Source: an uncultured Chroococcidiopsis sp. (GTDB lineage: Bacteria > Cyanobacteriota > Cyanobacteriia > Cyanobacteriales > Chroococcidiopsidaceae). Taken from it: a DNA stretch of 64,000 bases. Positions 51,429 to 61,413 of the stretch are shown here, one piece after another. Position 1 is the stretch's first letter. Each line of letters starts with the position of its first letter. The stretch lies in NCBI GenBank assembly GCA_964248365.1, contig CAXTYC010000017.1, positions 32,001-96,000 on the forward strand, read 5' to 3'. The notes beneath the pieces were generated by a model, which was given only the letters and a program-made list of their open reading frames with translations, was not told the DNA's origin and did no database searches. Both the position numbers and the translations under genes were made by a program.

Positions 51429-53969
51429 ATGCAACATGAGGACAATTCCCCACATCAACAGTCTCAAGAGTTATTAAGCTTACGCCAAAAAGATGCCCAC
51501 CTGACAAATGCGATCGCTACATGGCAAGATGTACAACTCTATTGCACAAGTGTCAAGAATCCCAACGCCGCAGTACTCTTGTTCGATCAAAGTTTGTGCT
51601 ACCTGCTAGCTGAAGGAATAGAGCTAGAGACGTTGGGGCTTTTAAGTGCAGCATTGATCGGTAAGACAATATGGGAAGTATTACCAGCCCAAACTTGTGC
51701 AGAGATAGAGCCAATTTATCGCGCCGCCCTATCAGGTAAAACAACTGTTACAGAGCAATGGTATAATAATAAAATTTATCAAGTTTACACACTGCCAGTA
51801 AAAAACGAGCAGGGAGAAATTTTTGCAGGCATGGTGATGATGCAAAATATTACTCAACAAAAGCTTGCCGAAGCAGATAGACAAAAGAACCAGCGGTATC
51901 GCTGTCTTGTCACAGCCACAAGCGATGCAGTATGGACAACAAACGCCCAAGGACTGGTAATCGAAGATCTCCCCTCATGGCGATCGCTAACTGGACAAAG
52001 CTACGAAGAAATTCAAGGATGGGGATGGTTGAATGCTATCCATCCAGATGACCGCGAGTTAACAGCACAACGCTGGACTGATGCTGTTGCAACAAAAAAT
52101 ATCTATCAAATTGAGTATAGACTACACACAGCTGATGGTAATTACCGCTTCTTCTGTATGCAGGGTGTGCCCGTTCTAGATGAAAACGGTGAAATTCAAG
52201 AATGGATAGGCACTCTCACAGATATCAGCGATCGCAAGCATTCAGAAATCAATTTGCAACAGAGCATAGAACGCCTGCGCTTGGCATTAGAAGGGGCGAA
52301 TCTAGGAATGTGGGATTACGACCTGCTTACCGGAAAGCTTTTGTGGTCGCTGCAATGTAAAAGGCTGTTTGGTCTAGTACCAGACGATTGTGAGATTACC
52401 TATGAAATTTTCCGCAATGCTCTCCATCCCGAAGACAGAGAATGGGTTGATCGAGCAGTAACCCAAGCCATTAATGATAGAAGTGACTACGACATTGAAT
52501 ACCGTACCCTTTGGGCTGACGGTACAGTACGTTGGATCGCAGCTATTGGTCGTGCTATTTACGACAATACTGGTCAAGCAATACGAATGAATGGCACAAC
52601 TCAAGACATTACTGAGCGCAAAGAAATTGAAGCCCTACGCGCCTCAATTCTCGCCCGTGAGATCGCAGCTAGGGCTGAATCTGAAGCAGCAAATCGGATG
52701 AAAGATGAGTTTTTGGCAATTGTTTCTCACGAACTACGTACACCGCTCAACTCAGTCCTTGGTTGGGCAGAACTCCTACATACCCGAAAATTCGATTCCT
52801 CCAAGACAGCTAAAGCTATTGAGACAATTCTCCGCAATGCCAAATTGCAATCGCAATTAATTGAAGATTTACTGGATATATCGCGTATGATGCGCGGCAA
52901 CATTCAACTAGAAGTCCAGCAAGTAAACCTGATCTGCGTCATTGAAGCTGCACTAGACACAGTACGTTTAGCAGCAGAAGCTAAATCAATTGATTTTAGA
53001 TTTGCGATTAGTGAAAATTTAGAACTTAGGGCAAGAAATTCAAAAACTTATAACCTTAGCGCCTTTGCGCCTTTGCGTGACAAAAATCCAAAATTCTTAG
53101 TCTTAGGAGACGATCGCCGTTTACAACAAATCGTCTGGAATCTGCTTTCTAATGCCATCAAATTTACACCAAACGGGGGTCAAGTAGAAATCAGGCTATC
53201 AAAGATAATGGGTAATAAAAATGAACAAGCGCCAATAACCGATGACTCTTTACCAATTACCAGCTACGCTCAGATCGAAGTAATCGACACAGGCAAAGGT
53301 ATCAAATCAGACTTTTTCCCCTATATTTTTGAGCGCTTCCGGCAGGCAGATAGCACTCTCACCCGCTCGTTTGGTGGACTAGGGTTAGGGCTGGCGATCG
53401 CTCGTCAGCTAGTAGAATTGCACGGTGGCACTATCTCTGTAGCAAGTCCAGGTGAGGGACTCGGTTCTACGTTTACAGTCAAATTGCCCCTTTTGGAGGC
53501 AAAAACAGAGCTGGGGGATCTGGGGGAGCTGGGGGAGAAAAACCACTTACCCCTCACCCCTCACCTCGTCACCCCTCACCCCTCACCCTTGACTGGTTTA
53601 CAAATCCTAGTTGTAGATGACGAAGCTGATACCCGCGACTTTATTGCGAAAGTGCTGGTGAAGGAAGGAGCCATAGTGATGGCGGTAGCATCAGCGGCGG
53701 AAGCTCTAGATGTACTGGCATTGCAGCCAGATGTTTTAGTAAGTGATATTGCTATGCCCGAAGAGGACGGTTATTCTTTGATTCAAAAGGTCAGAGCAAT
53801 AGAAGCAAATAAAAAGCAGCGATTACCAGCCGTAGCACTGACAGCACATCCCAACAGTGAAGATCGGATCAACGCTCTTTGTGCAGGCTTTCAGACTCAC
53901 GTAGCTAAGCCAGTCGATCCGGCAGAATTAGTAGTAGTAATAGCAAACTTGAAAAATTATCAATGCTAA
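51429..53969 (+). CDS. Multi-PAS hybrid histidine kinase with C-terminal receiver
   Basis: PAS/PAC (HPDDRE, HPEDRE), SHELRTPL, NLLSNAIKFT, GLGLGLAI, REC (VVDDE, SDIAMP, KP). Confidence 0.92.
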   Translation: MQHEDNSPHQQSQELLSLRQKDAHLTNAIATWQDVQLYCTSVKNPNAAVLLFDQSLCYLLAEGIELETLGLLSAALIGKTIWEVLPAQTCAEIEPIYRAALSGKTTVTEQWYNNKIYQVYTLPVKNEQGEIFAGMVMMQNITQQKLAEADRQKNQRYRCLVTATSDAVWTTNAQGLVIEDLPSWRSLTGQSYEEIQGWGWLNAIHPDDRELTAQRWTDAVATKNIYQIEYRLHTADGNYRFFCMQGVPVLDENGEIQEWIGTLTDISDRKHSEINLQQSIERLRLALEGANLGMWDYDLLTGKLLWSLQCKRLFGLVPDDCEITYEIFRNALHPEDREWVDRAVTQAINDRSDYDIEYRTLWADGTVRWIAAIGRAIYDNTGQAIRMNGTTQDITERKEIEALRASILAREIAARAESEAANRMKDEFLAIVSHELRTPLNSVLGWAELLHTRKFDSSKTAKAIETILRNAKLQSQLIEDLLDISRMMRGNIQLEVQQVNLICVIEAALDTVRLAAEAKSIDFRFAISENLELRARNSKTYNLSAFAPLRDKNPKFLVLGDDRRLQQIVWNLLSNAIKFTPNGGQVEIRLSKIMGNKNEQAPITDDSLPITSYAQIEVIDTGKGIKSDFFPYIFERFRQADSTLTRSFGGLGLGLAIARQLVELHGGTISVASPGEGLGSTFTVKLPLLEAKTELGDLGELGEKNHLPLTPHLVTPHPSPLTGLQILVVDDEADTRDFIAKVLVKEGAIVMAVASAAEALDVLALQPDVLVSDIAMPEEDGYSLIQKVRAIEANKKQRLPAVALTAHPNSEDRINALCAGFQTHVAKPVDPAELVVVIANLKNYQC

Positions 53970-54113
53970 ATTGGTAGTTGGTGAAAGGGGAAAGGGAAAA
54001 GGGAAAAGGAGTCAGTAGTCAGTAGTCAGTAGTTAGTAGTCACAATTCAGAAGAGTTAATTCTTCATCTCCCCTGAACCCACTCTCCCACTCTCTCCCTC
54101 TCCCCATCTTCCT

Positions 54114-55394
54114 CTAGCCCCTAGCCCCTTCTTCAGCCACTTCTGCTTGCAAAAAATCAATAAACTGTCGTGCACTCCGCCCAGAGCGACCGTTGTGACG
54201 AGTTGCCCACTGTAGGGCGCGCGCCTCTAGATCTTCTTGATTTAGGGTAATTCCGGCTTGGGCTGCTAGATGGTGGACAATTTGGAGATAAGTGTTTTGA
54301 TTAGCTGGTTCAAACGTCAAAGTTAGACCAAAGCGATCGCTAAATGATAGTTTTTCTTGCACTGTATCCCAAGCGTGGATTTCTTCATTATTACTCGGAC
54401 GAGGGCGATCGCCAAAAAACTCCCGAATCAGGTGGCGACGATTAGAAGTAGCATAGACAACTACATTCTGTGGTCGTGCGGTTAAATTACCTTCTAAAAC
54501 AACTTTCAAAGCTTTAAAAGCATCATCATCTTCTTCAAAAGAAAGATCATCGACGAAAATAATAAATTTCGGCGGCAAACCCCGTAGTTGTTCCACAATG
54601 GCTGGTAAATCTCTCAAATCAGATTTTGCAACTTCAATTATGCGAAGATTGCGACTACCATATTCATTCAATAACCCTTTTACCAAAGAAGATTTACCAG
54701 AACCACGACTACCGTACAACAATACGTGCAACGCCCGATAACCTGCTAGTAAAAACTCTGTATTCTTTAGTAAAGCATCTCGCTGATACTCATAGCCCAC
54801 CAGTTGATTTATCCCGACTGAATCAGGGTAGGGAATTCCGATTAATTGCCCCGACTGCCAACGTAAAGCTTTATACCGAGCAAATATGCCAGTACCTTCT
54901 TTGCGGTAATAAGCTGCTAGTTTTTCCACATCCGCCCAATTTTCTCCAAGGGGCGTTTCACGAATTGCGCTTGAGTGCATAGTTAGGGCAACGGGTGCAA
55001 CATTCAACTTTGCCACACCTTGCACCCACTGGCACAGTTGTTCACTATCACACTGATAAAGATTGTACAAAGCTTGCAAATCTTGCTTCGCAGCTGCTAC
55101 CACTTGCGGTAATTTCGCCAAGTCTGTCTGCTGAACTTGACGAGTAAAAGGATTATCATCAGTGAGAATTTGGCTAATTAGATACTCTTGCCAAGTTTGA
55201 TTTCTAGCAGCTAAAGCTCTGAAGTATTTGCCATAGGCTTTAATACAACCGAGCCAGTCGTCACTATTACATAAAGCTTGTAATAGGTTGAGGAAAGCTT
55301 GCCCAACTTCATCCTCAAGTACAGATTGATACAGCAACAAGGAAGCTGCTTGAGTTTGGAGAAATTGAATTGAGGCGATCGCTTGACTATCCAT
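54114..55394 (-). CDS. DUF815 AAA+ ATPase
   Basis: GSRGSGKSS, FVDDLSFE, YATSNRRHL, SDRFGL, GRSGRSARQF. Confidence 0.9.
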   Translation of the reverse strand: MDSQAIASIQFLQTQAASLLLYQSVLEDEVGQAFLNLLQALCNSDDWLGCIKAYGKYFRALAARNQTWQEYLISQILTDDNPFTRQVQQTDLAKLPQVVAAAKQDLQALYNLYQCDSEQLCQWVQGVAKLNVAPVALTMHSSAIRETPLGENWADVEKLAAYYRKEGTGIFARYKALRWQSGQLIGIPYPDSVGINQLVGYEYQRDALLKNTEFLLAGYRALHVLLYGSRGSGKSSLVKGLLNEYGSRNLRIIEVAKSDLRDLPAIVEQLRGLPPKFIIFVDDLSFEEDDDAFKALKVVLEGNLTARPQNVVVYATSNRRHLIREFFGDRPRPSNNEEIHAWDTVQEKLSFSDRFGLTLTFEPANQNTYLQIVHHLAAQAGITLNQEDLEARALQWATRHNGRSGRSARQFIDFLQAEVAEEGARG

Positions 55395-55555
55395 CGATAT
55401 TAATATTTAAGCGTTGCACAATAAGGTAATGATTGTCCTTGTAACTTCCTTCAGATGCTAAATATCCTTTGTTTTTCTTAGCGACAAGCACGTCTTTGCG
55501 TGAAACTTGCCAAGCTGATGAACGTAGCAAGACGGATTTTTCACTTTAGCTAATA

Positions 55556-58141
55556 CTACCAACCCACGACAATCATCCAAAGACTAATTCCCAACACTAG
55601 GGTAGATAAATGTTGTGGTAAAAGCGATCGCATCGGTTGACGGGCGATTTTCCCAGTTAATATCACCGTCAACAGAACTGAAAAAATCAGCGTTGTTCCT
55701 TGCAAAAAAGCCGTGACAGCAGGATGAGCCACCAAAACAGGCATTCCCTCACCGCCCAAGCCAAATGTTGCCAAACTCACAGGCAGAATACGTCCTGCTT
55801 CCCCCAACCCCAAACGCAGATAGTAAGCCAAATTTCCACCCCATACTAGGGGTAAGTAACCATAGGCAAGTTCCACAAATGGTTTAGGTTTGGGCATTGG
55901 GAATGCTGATTTTGGCTTGTCCCCAGGCGATCGCTTGGGAATGTAATTGATTAACCAATGATAAAGCTGCATCAAACCATATACCAGCAGAGCAACACTA
56001 GCTGGAATCATCAAAGCTAGTAGTGATAATCCCAAGTGAGGCAAAAACTGTGTTAAATCTATATTCCAACCCAGACTTGCCTGTATTTCTGGTAAGCGAT
56101 GCAGAAACACTCCACCAAACAGCAAAAACAACAAAGCTACTTCATAACTGCGGGGGACATGGGTAGTCCACAACTCAATTCCAGGGGGACGTAAATTCAC
56201 CTCTACAGAACGATGGGGACAAGCTTTGAGACAAGTCATGCACAAAACACAATCTCGGTTATCTTCGAGTTGTGCTGGATGAGAATACAACGGACAGCCC
56301 CCTGTTTCCATTCCCTCACCTTTTTGGGGACCACCTTTATAACACTGATAAGTAGTGCATTCTGCCGAACAAGTACCCTGCTGCGCTCGTAGCTCAGTCA
56401 TTGATAATTTGGCAAATAAACCATTCATCCCCCCAATGGGACACAAATAGCGACACCAAAACCGCCGCTCAAAAATCGCAGAGAAAATCATAGCCCCAGC
56501 GGTGATTAAGAGCAGTAAACAAGAAGAAAGGTAAGCTGTATCTTCTAGATGCCAAAGTTCTTCCCACAAGAAAATTAGGGTAAATAACCCAAACAAAAAC
56601 CATCCTCCCCATTTTTCCGCTGACTCTCGTGGCCAACGCTTCAACTGCCGAGGAAAAAGCCATAGGGATAGCTTTTGCGTGACTTCTCCGTAAATCATGA
56701 ATGGACATACGGCACACCACACTCGCCCCACAAACGGAAAACCCAGCAATACCAAAGGCCACCACCAAGCCCAAAACATATTTAAGGCGAAATTCTCACT
56801 GCGATGCTGAGGACCTACAAATAAGATTGCTACAACGATCGCAAAAAACCACAAGGTAAAGCCGTAGTTGATTCGGTCTGGCCACCAAGGACTACGTAGA
56901 AACCGTCGTAGACCAGGATAAAGATTTAACAAATTGACGCGAAATTGTTTTTTCTTCGTCTGGGCTGACCAAAAGATTTCTTCGGTTAACTCAAGATTGC
57001 CCGCTGACTGGACAATTGCTCTTTCTACCAGGCTTTGTAATTCTTGAAAGTTGCCAGGGAAATCGTAGGATTGTAAGCGGCGCAGAGCTTCTGGTGTGAT
57101 TGTAGGTTTAGCAATACTTCTACTGCGCGTATAAAGACTGATGTAGTATTCGACTAAAGCTTTGAGATCAGCTTTACGCACTCTTAGAGGAGGCACTTTA
57201 ATCGTATGACCGACACAACGCGCGATCGCAGGTTGTGTTTTTTCAGCAATCATCAAAATACGCGCTCTACTAGTACGCGGTTGTACTGACTCATCTTCCG
57301 CCCGACTAACTGGGGTGTAAGTACCCGTTTGTAACAACTGAGCTATTTTAGGTACTAATTCCGAGGGCAATTCTTGGATATTATTCAGAATTAAAGTACC
57401 TTCACCCAGCCATTCGATTAATCCTGGTTTTCCATTAGCACGACCAAATAGATCTGCACCGCTCGTTTGCAGAAGACCACAGTTGACTTTAATTATCGGT
57501 TCTCGTCGTTGGGAAGAACCAAAGTGGATCAGGCTAGCTATATTGTCTTTCTCTAGTCCTGGTTCGCCAAAAATTAGAACTGACTTGCGATCGCTAGCGG
57601 CTTCTCTGATTTCCTGACGCAGACGCACAGCATAGCGACTTGTCCCGACAACGCCGCGTTTTACCTTAGTTACTAGATAAGGACGTAAGGCGATCGCTCG
57701 CTCTTGCTCATAGGTAAGTGCAGAGGTTAGCTGACTTAATTCTTGCGCTAATTGGCGGGAGACAACCTCAAGAATTTCTGGGTATTGAGCCACTATCTCT
57801 CGGAAAGAAGCAGCCCGAACAACCCACAGGTGACACTCAGATAAAGTGGTAATTGTTCTTTGGGCTGGCTGATCTAATAGCAACTCCTGTAGGTTAATGA
57901 CTGCTCCAGGGAGTAGACTAGTCGCTCCAATTGAGTTTGTTTGACTGGTGCGAACGCTTTCCAGATGACCTTGTTTGAGAATGTATAGTGCATCTGGGGG
58001 AGTGTCTTCTAAAACTAGGCGCACCTGTGCTGGTACAATTTGCTCTTCTATTACCCTTGCGATCGCATTTAATACCTCTGGCGACAAGACTGCTAGAGCC
58101 GTTCGCTCTTGTAGCCATATCACTAAGTCTGGAGATATCAT
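55556..58141 (-). CDS. cNMP-binding + degenerate sigma54-activator AAA+ + NapH/NosR-like 4Fe-4S membrane protein
   Basis: cNMP fold N-terminus; GEPGLEKD, VPPLRVR, FPGN; GRVWCAVCP, RFWCRYLCP, CVLCMTCLKACP; multiple TM segments. Confidence 0.85.
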   Translation of the reverse strand: MISPDLVIWLQERTALAVLSPEVLNAIARVIEEQIVPAQVRLVLEDTPPDALYILKQGHLESVRTSQTNSIGATSLLPGAVINLQELLLDQPAQRTITTLSECHLWVVRAASFREIVAQYPEILEVVSRQLAQELSQLTSALTYEQERAIALRPYLVTKVKRGVVGTSRYAVRLRQEIREAASDRKSVLIFGEPGLEKDNIASLIHFGSSQRREPIIKVNCGLLQTSGADLFGRANGKPGLIEWLGEGTLILNNIQELPSELVPKIAQLLQTGTYTPVSRAEDESVQPRTSRARILMIAEKTQPAIARCVGHTIKVPPLRVRKADLKALVEYYISLYTRSRSIAKPTITPEALRRLQSYDFPGNFQELQSLVERAIVQSAGNLELTEEIFWSAQTKKKQFRVNLLNLYPGLRRFLRSPWWPDRINYGFTLWFFAIVVAILFVGPQHRSENFALNMFWAWWWPLVLLGFPFVGRVWCAVCPFMIYGEVTQKLSLWLFPRQLKRWPRESAEKWGGWFLFGLFTLIFLWEELWHLEDTAYLSSCLLLLITAGAMIFSAIFERRFWCRYLCPIGGMNGLFAKLSMTELRAQQGTCSAECTTYQCYKGGPQKGEGMETGGCPLYSHPAQLEDNRDCVLCMTCLKACPHRSVEVNLRPPGIELWTTHVPRSYEVALLFLLFGGVFLHRLPEIQASLGWNIDLTQFLPHLGLSLLALMIPASVALLVYGLMQLYHWLINYIPKRSPGDKPKSAFPMPKPKPFVELAYGYLPLVWGGNLAYYLRLGLGEAGRILPVSLATFGLGGEGMPVLVAHPAVTAFLQGTTLIFSVLLTVILTGKIARQPMRSLLPQHLSTLVLGISLWMIVVGW

Positions 58142-58304
58142 AGTTACTTTGCCGCTTGCAATACTTCCTATTTTAGATTTATTGCTTCACCCTGCTAAAC
58201 AATCTAAATACCCCAAGCCCCGCTGGCGTTGATCGATAGCGCCAATTTATACTTTTGATTGGCGCTTTCCTAGACTGTTAGCTGCAAGTTCTAAACCGAG
58301 TGCT

Positions 58305-58397
58305 ATGAGTATGGCGGATCTTCCCAATCTCTGGGTTCCTTTGACACTTCTTGGTTTAATTGTAATTGCTGCTATTTTTTTCAGCCGCAGCCGCTAA
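58305..58397 (+). CDS. Putative small single-pass membrane protein (30 aa)
   Basis: MSMADLPNLWVPLTLLGLIVIAAIFFSRSR*; below the ORF-track length cut-off. Confidence 0.55.
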   Translation: MSMADLPNLWVPLTLLGLIVIAAIFFSRSR

Positions 58398-58499
58398 TAT
58401 AATTCGGAAGACCCACGACAGAAGTCAGTAGTCAGAATAGTTAATTCTTCATCTTGTCCATCTCCCCCTCTCCCCTTTTGCCCCTTTTGCCCCTCGTCC

Positions 58500-59471
58500 C
58501 TAATAAAGCCGATCTAAGACATATTCAGTCATGTTAATCAAGGCTTGTCGAGATTCGGAGGGTGGTAGATCATTTAAATGCTCAACTGCTTTATTGGCAT
58601 GATAAGCAGCTAATTCCCGCGATCGCTTGATGCCTTGACTATCTAAAATTAGAGCGATCGCTTTGTCTAAATCCCCTGACTGCTCAAACCTCCGTTCAAT
58701 CAAGGTTTCTAAGTATGGTTTTTCTTCTAGGGCAAATAAAGCCGGAGCAGTCAGATTACCACTTTTAAGATCCGATCCTGCTGGCTTACCCAAAGTTTCT
58801 GTCGAACCAGTAAAATCCAAAATGTCATCTACAATTTGGAACGCTAAACCCCAATGACGACCATAGCCGTGTAGATGCTCCGCTGTTTCTTGAGAAACTC
58901 CGCTGAGTAAACCAGCAGCTTTGGAACTGTTAGCGATCAAAGAAGCCGTTTTGTAATAGCTCTTGTCTAAGTAAGTTTCTAATGTGATGGAGGTATCAAA
59001 ACGAGTTACTCCCTGCTGAATCTCACCTGCTGCAAAATTCATAATTACTTCTGAGAGTAATTTTACTACCTCTAGGTTGTCCAGGTTAGCTAAATGCCAG
59101 GAAGCTTGGGCAAACAGGAAATCCCCAGCCAATATAGCTACGCGATTATCAAACAAACTATGAACGGTGGGAACTCCACGCCGCATGGGCGCTTCATCTA
59201 CCACATCGTCATGTACTAAACTTGCCGTGTGAATCATTTCTGTAATTTCGGCTAACCTGCGGTGACGGGGGGTAATGTCTTCATCCAACATTGTCGCCCG
59301 TGACATCAGCAAGACAATTGCTGGTCGCACCCGCTTTCCTCCAGCTCCGAACAGGTATTCTGCCGCTGCAAACAGGATGGGATGACGTGTACCTATTAAC
59401 TCTATTAAGTTCTCTGACAGCAAACGCAGGTCTGCTTCAACTGGAGAAAAGAGGGAAGTCGCTGAGGTCAT
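58500..59471 (-). CDS. sds: Solanesyl diphosphate synthase
   Basis: GGKRVRP, HDDVVD, KTA, FQIVDDILD. Confidence 0.92.
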   Translation of the reverse strand: MTSATSLFSPVEADLRLLSENLIELIGTRHPILFAAAEYLFGAGGKRVRPAIVLLMSRATMLDEDITPRHRRLAEITEMIHTASLVHDDVVDEAPMRRGVPTVHSLFDNRVAILAGDFLFAQASWHLANLDNLEVVKLLSEVIMNFAAGEIQQGVTRFDTSITLETYLDKSYYKTASLIANSSKAAGLLSGVSQETAEHLHGYGRHWGLAFQIVDDILDFTGSTETLGKPAGSDLKSGNLTAPALFALEEKPYLETLIERRFEQSGDLDKAIALILDSQGIKRSRELAAYHANKAVEHLNDLPPSESRQALINMTEYVLDRLY

Positions 59472-60079
59472 GAATAACTGACTCTATATTTGTTTACGAA
59501 ATTTTACATATTCTGTACTCATTTTAAGCGCGATCGCGGCAAGCTAGGGATTTCATTTTTTGCTATTGCAAAGGAGGGAGTAGGTTCGCGCTTTGGGAGC
59601 AGGGGGGACTCGCTCTTCCCCGTCCCCGAACTCTATGGGGATAGGGGGGAGAGGGGGGCACTTTGGCACTTTGGCAGGGGGTGCACTTTGGCAGGGGGGA
59701 GATGAAAGAATTAAATATTCTATCTTCTGTCTTCTGTCTCCTTTCCCCTTTCCCCTTTTCCCTAAAAGTCTAGATTCTTGTGTTAGCCTAGATGATGAGG
59801 CATTTAAACAAATTCACACAATCAACACAAATCAGTCGCTCATTCTTGACCGACAAGAGTTGCTAGTTGAAGTAAGTGTAAATAGTTAAGCGCAGTCCAG
59901 ATACTTGGCATCATTCCAAAATTACTTGGTACTGGTCAGTCAATTAACTGGTTAGACCCGTTTGCTGCCAAAACCACGTAGTCGGGCAATTGAGGGTATT
60001 GGATAAGTGGCGTGCAAAGAAAAAATAAATAATAAAATTGCCGGAAAATAATTAAGTTTTCTGGCAATTTTAGAGTGTT

Positions 60080-60111
60080 AAAAAACCACCCAAAAATTTT
60101 TGCTGGTGGTT
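60080..60111 (-). terminator. Probable terminator downstream of murI
   Basis: Minus strand AACCACC-AGCAAAAATTTTTG-GGTGGTT-TTTT. Confidence 0.55.
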
Positions 60112-60381
60112 AATTTGCTCTGCGTGTATTAAAAATTTCATCTTCCTCTCTCTTAACGCTGGCGGTAAAATGACTTACGGTAATGTACCTGTGATTATTC
60201 CTATTTTGGCGACTGGTTATTTATTAACTGTTTATGTATTATTAGCACTGGCACAGCGCCATACTAAAAATTCTAGAGCAGGGGAGAATTAGGCAGAGGA
60301 GCAGGGGGGCAGGGGAGGAGGGGAGAAAAGAACAATTTCGAATTTTCCTTTCCCCTTTACCCTTTTCCCTTTTTCTCGCCC

Positions 60382-61287
60382 CTAATCAAGAAATTCGAGT
60401 GGTAGGCTAGGAGTTAGTGTATCTTCTAAGAAAACTTGCTCAACGAGTGGGGTGTAGCCTAGCCATCGTACGGACGATTGGGCAAATTGATGAGGGCATC
60501 CGCTGACGTAGAAGCGAGTTGGAAAAGGCGGGTAAGTATTCCTTAATCCTAGCAAATCCAGTTCTTGAGCTACAGCTTTGACAAGGTAAATAGCTGGATC
60601 AACCAGTTTAACTGATGGTGGAAGCAGCGATCGCAAAACAGGTGCTAAGTGGGGGTAATGAGTACAGCCATAGATTAAAGTGTCAATTTGCTGCCCTCGT
60701 AAAGGAGCCAAATATCGCCGTGCCACTTCCTTAGTATAAGGATCGTGGAGCCGATTTTGCTCAATCAATGGCACAAACTCAGGACACCCAACCTGCCAAA
60801 CCTGAGCAGTACCATCAATTTCTAGAATCGCTTGTGGATAGGCATTGCTAGCAGCAGTTGCTGGGGTAGAGATCACACCAATTCGTTTACCTTGCTGGAT
60901 GGCTGCTTTAGCTCCAGGTAGGATTACCCCCAAAATTGGAAAAGGAAATTCAGAGCGCACTGTCTCCAACGCCAAAGCCGAACTAGTATTGCAAGCCATG
61001 ATTGCCATTTTGACTTGCTTTTTTTGCATCCAACCCAGGATTTGCCGCGCAAATTGTATAATTTCTGTCTTAGAGCGGTTGCCATAAGGCAGCCGAGCTG
61101 TATCTCCAAAATAAAGAATTGATTCTTTGGGAAGTTGCTGATAAAGCTGAGTTAAAACAGTAAGCCCACCCACACCGCTATCAAAAACTCCAATCGGAGA
61201 TTGCTGAGGTTCTCGACTCAGAAAGTAAGAAAAATTGCTGTTGCAGGTAGAAGAATAAGATACAGTTCGATTGTTGCCAGTGATCAT
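60382..61287 (-). CDS. murI: Glutamate racemase
   Basis: FDSGVGGLTV, ACNTSS, GCTHYP; start uncertain. Confidence 0.95.
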   Translation of the reverse strand: MITGNNRTVSYSSTCNSNFSYFLSREPQQSPIGVFDSGVGGLTVLTQLYQQLPKESILYFGDTARLPYGNRSKTEIIQFARQILGWMQKKQVKMAIMACNTSSALALETVRSEFPFPILGVILPGAKAAIQQGKRIGVISTPATAASNAYPQAILEIDGTAQVWQVGCPEFVPLIEQNRLHDPYTKEVARRYLAPLRGQQIDTLIYGCTHYPHLAPVLRSLLPPSVKLVDPAIYLVKAVAQELDLLGLRNTYPPFPTRFYVSGCPHQFAQSSVRWLGYTPLVEQVFLEDTLTPSLPLEFLD

Positions 61288-61413
61288 GCTTGTCGCAGGG
61301 TTAGAAGCGAGTTTGATAGGTTGATGGGTGTGAGGAATGGGAAAACAATACTTTCAAACCCGCCTGTCAACTTGTCAGTTACCAGGCACAAATGTATAAT
61401 TAAGTATTATTAC

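Noticed and set aside
59490..59889. 71-aa and 98-aa ORFs upstream of sds
   Set aside because: Built from G-rich and tandem repeats; not protein-like
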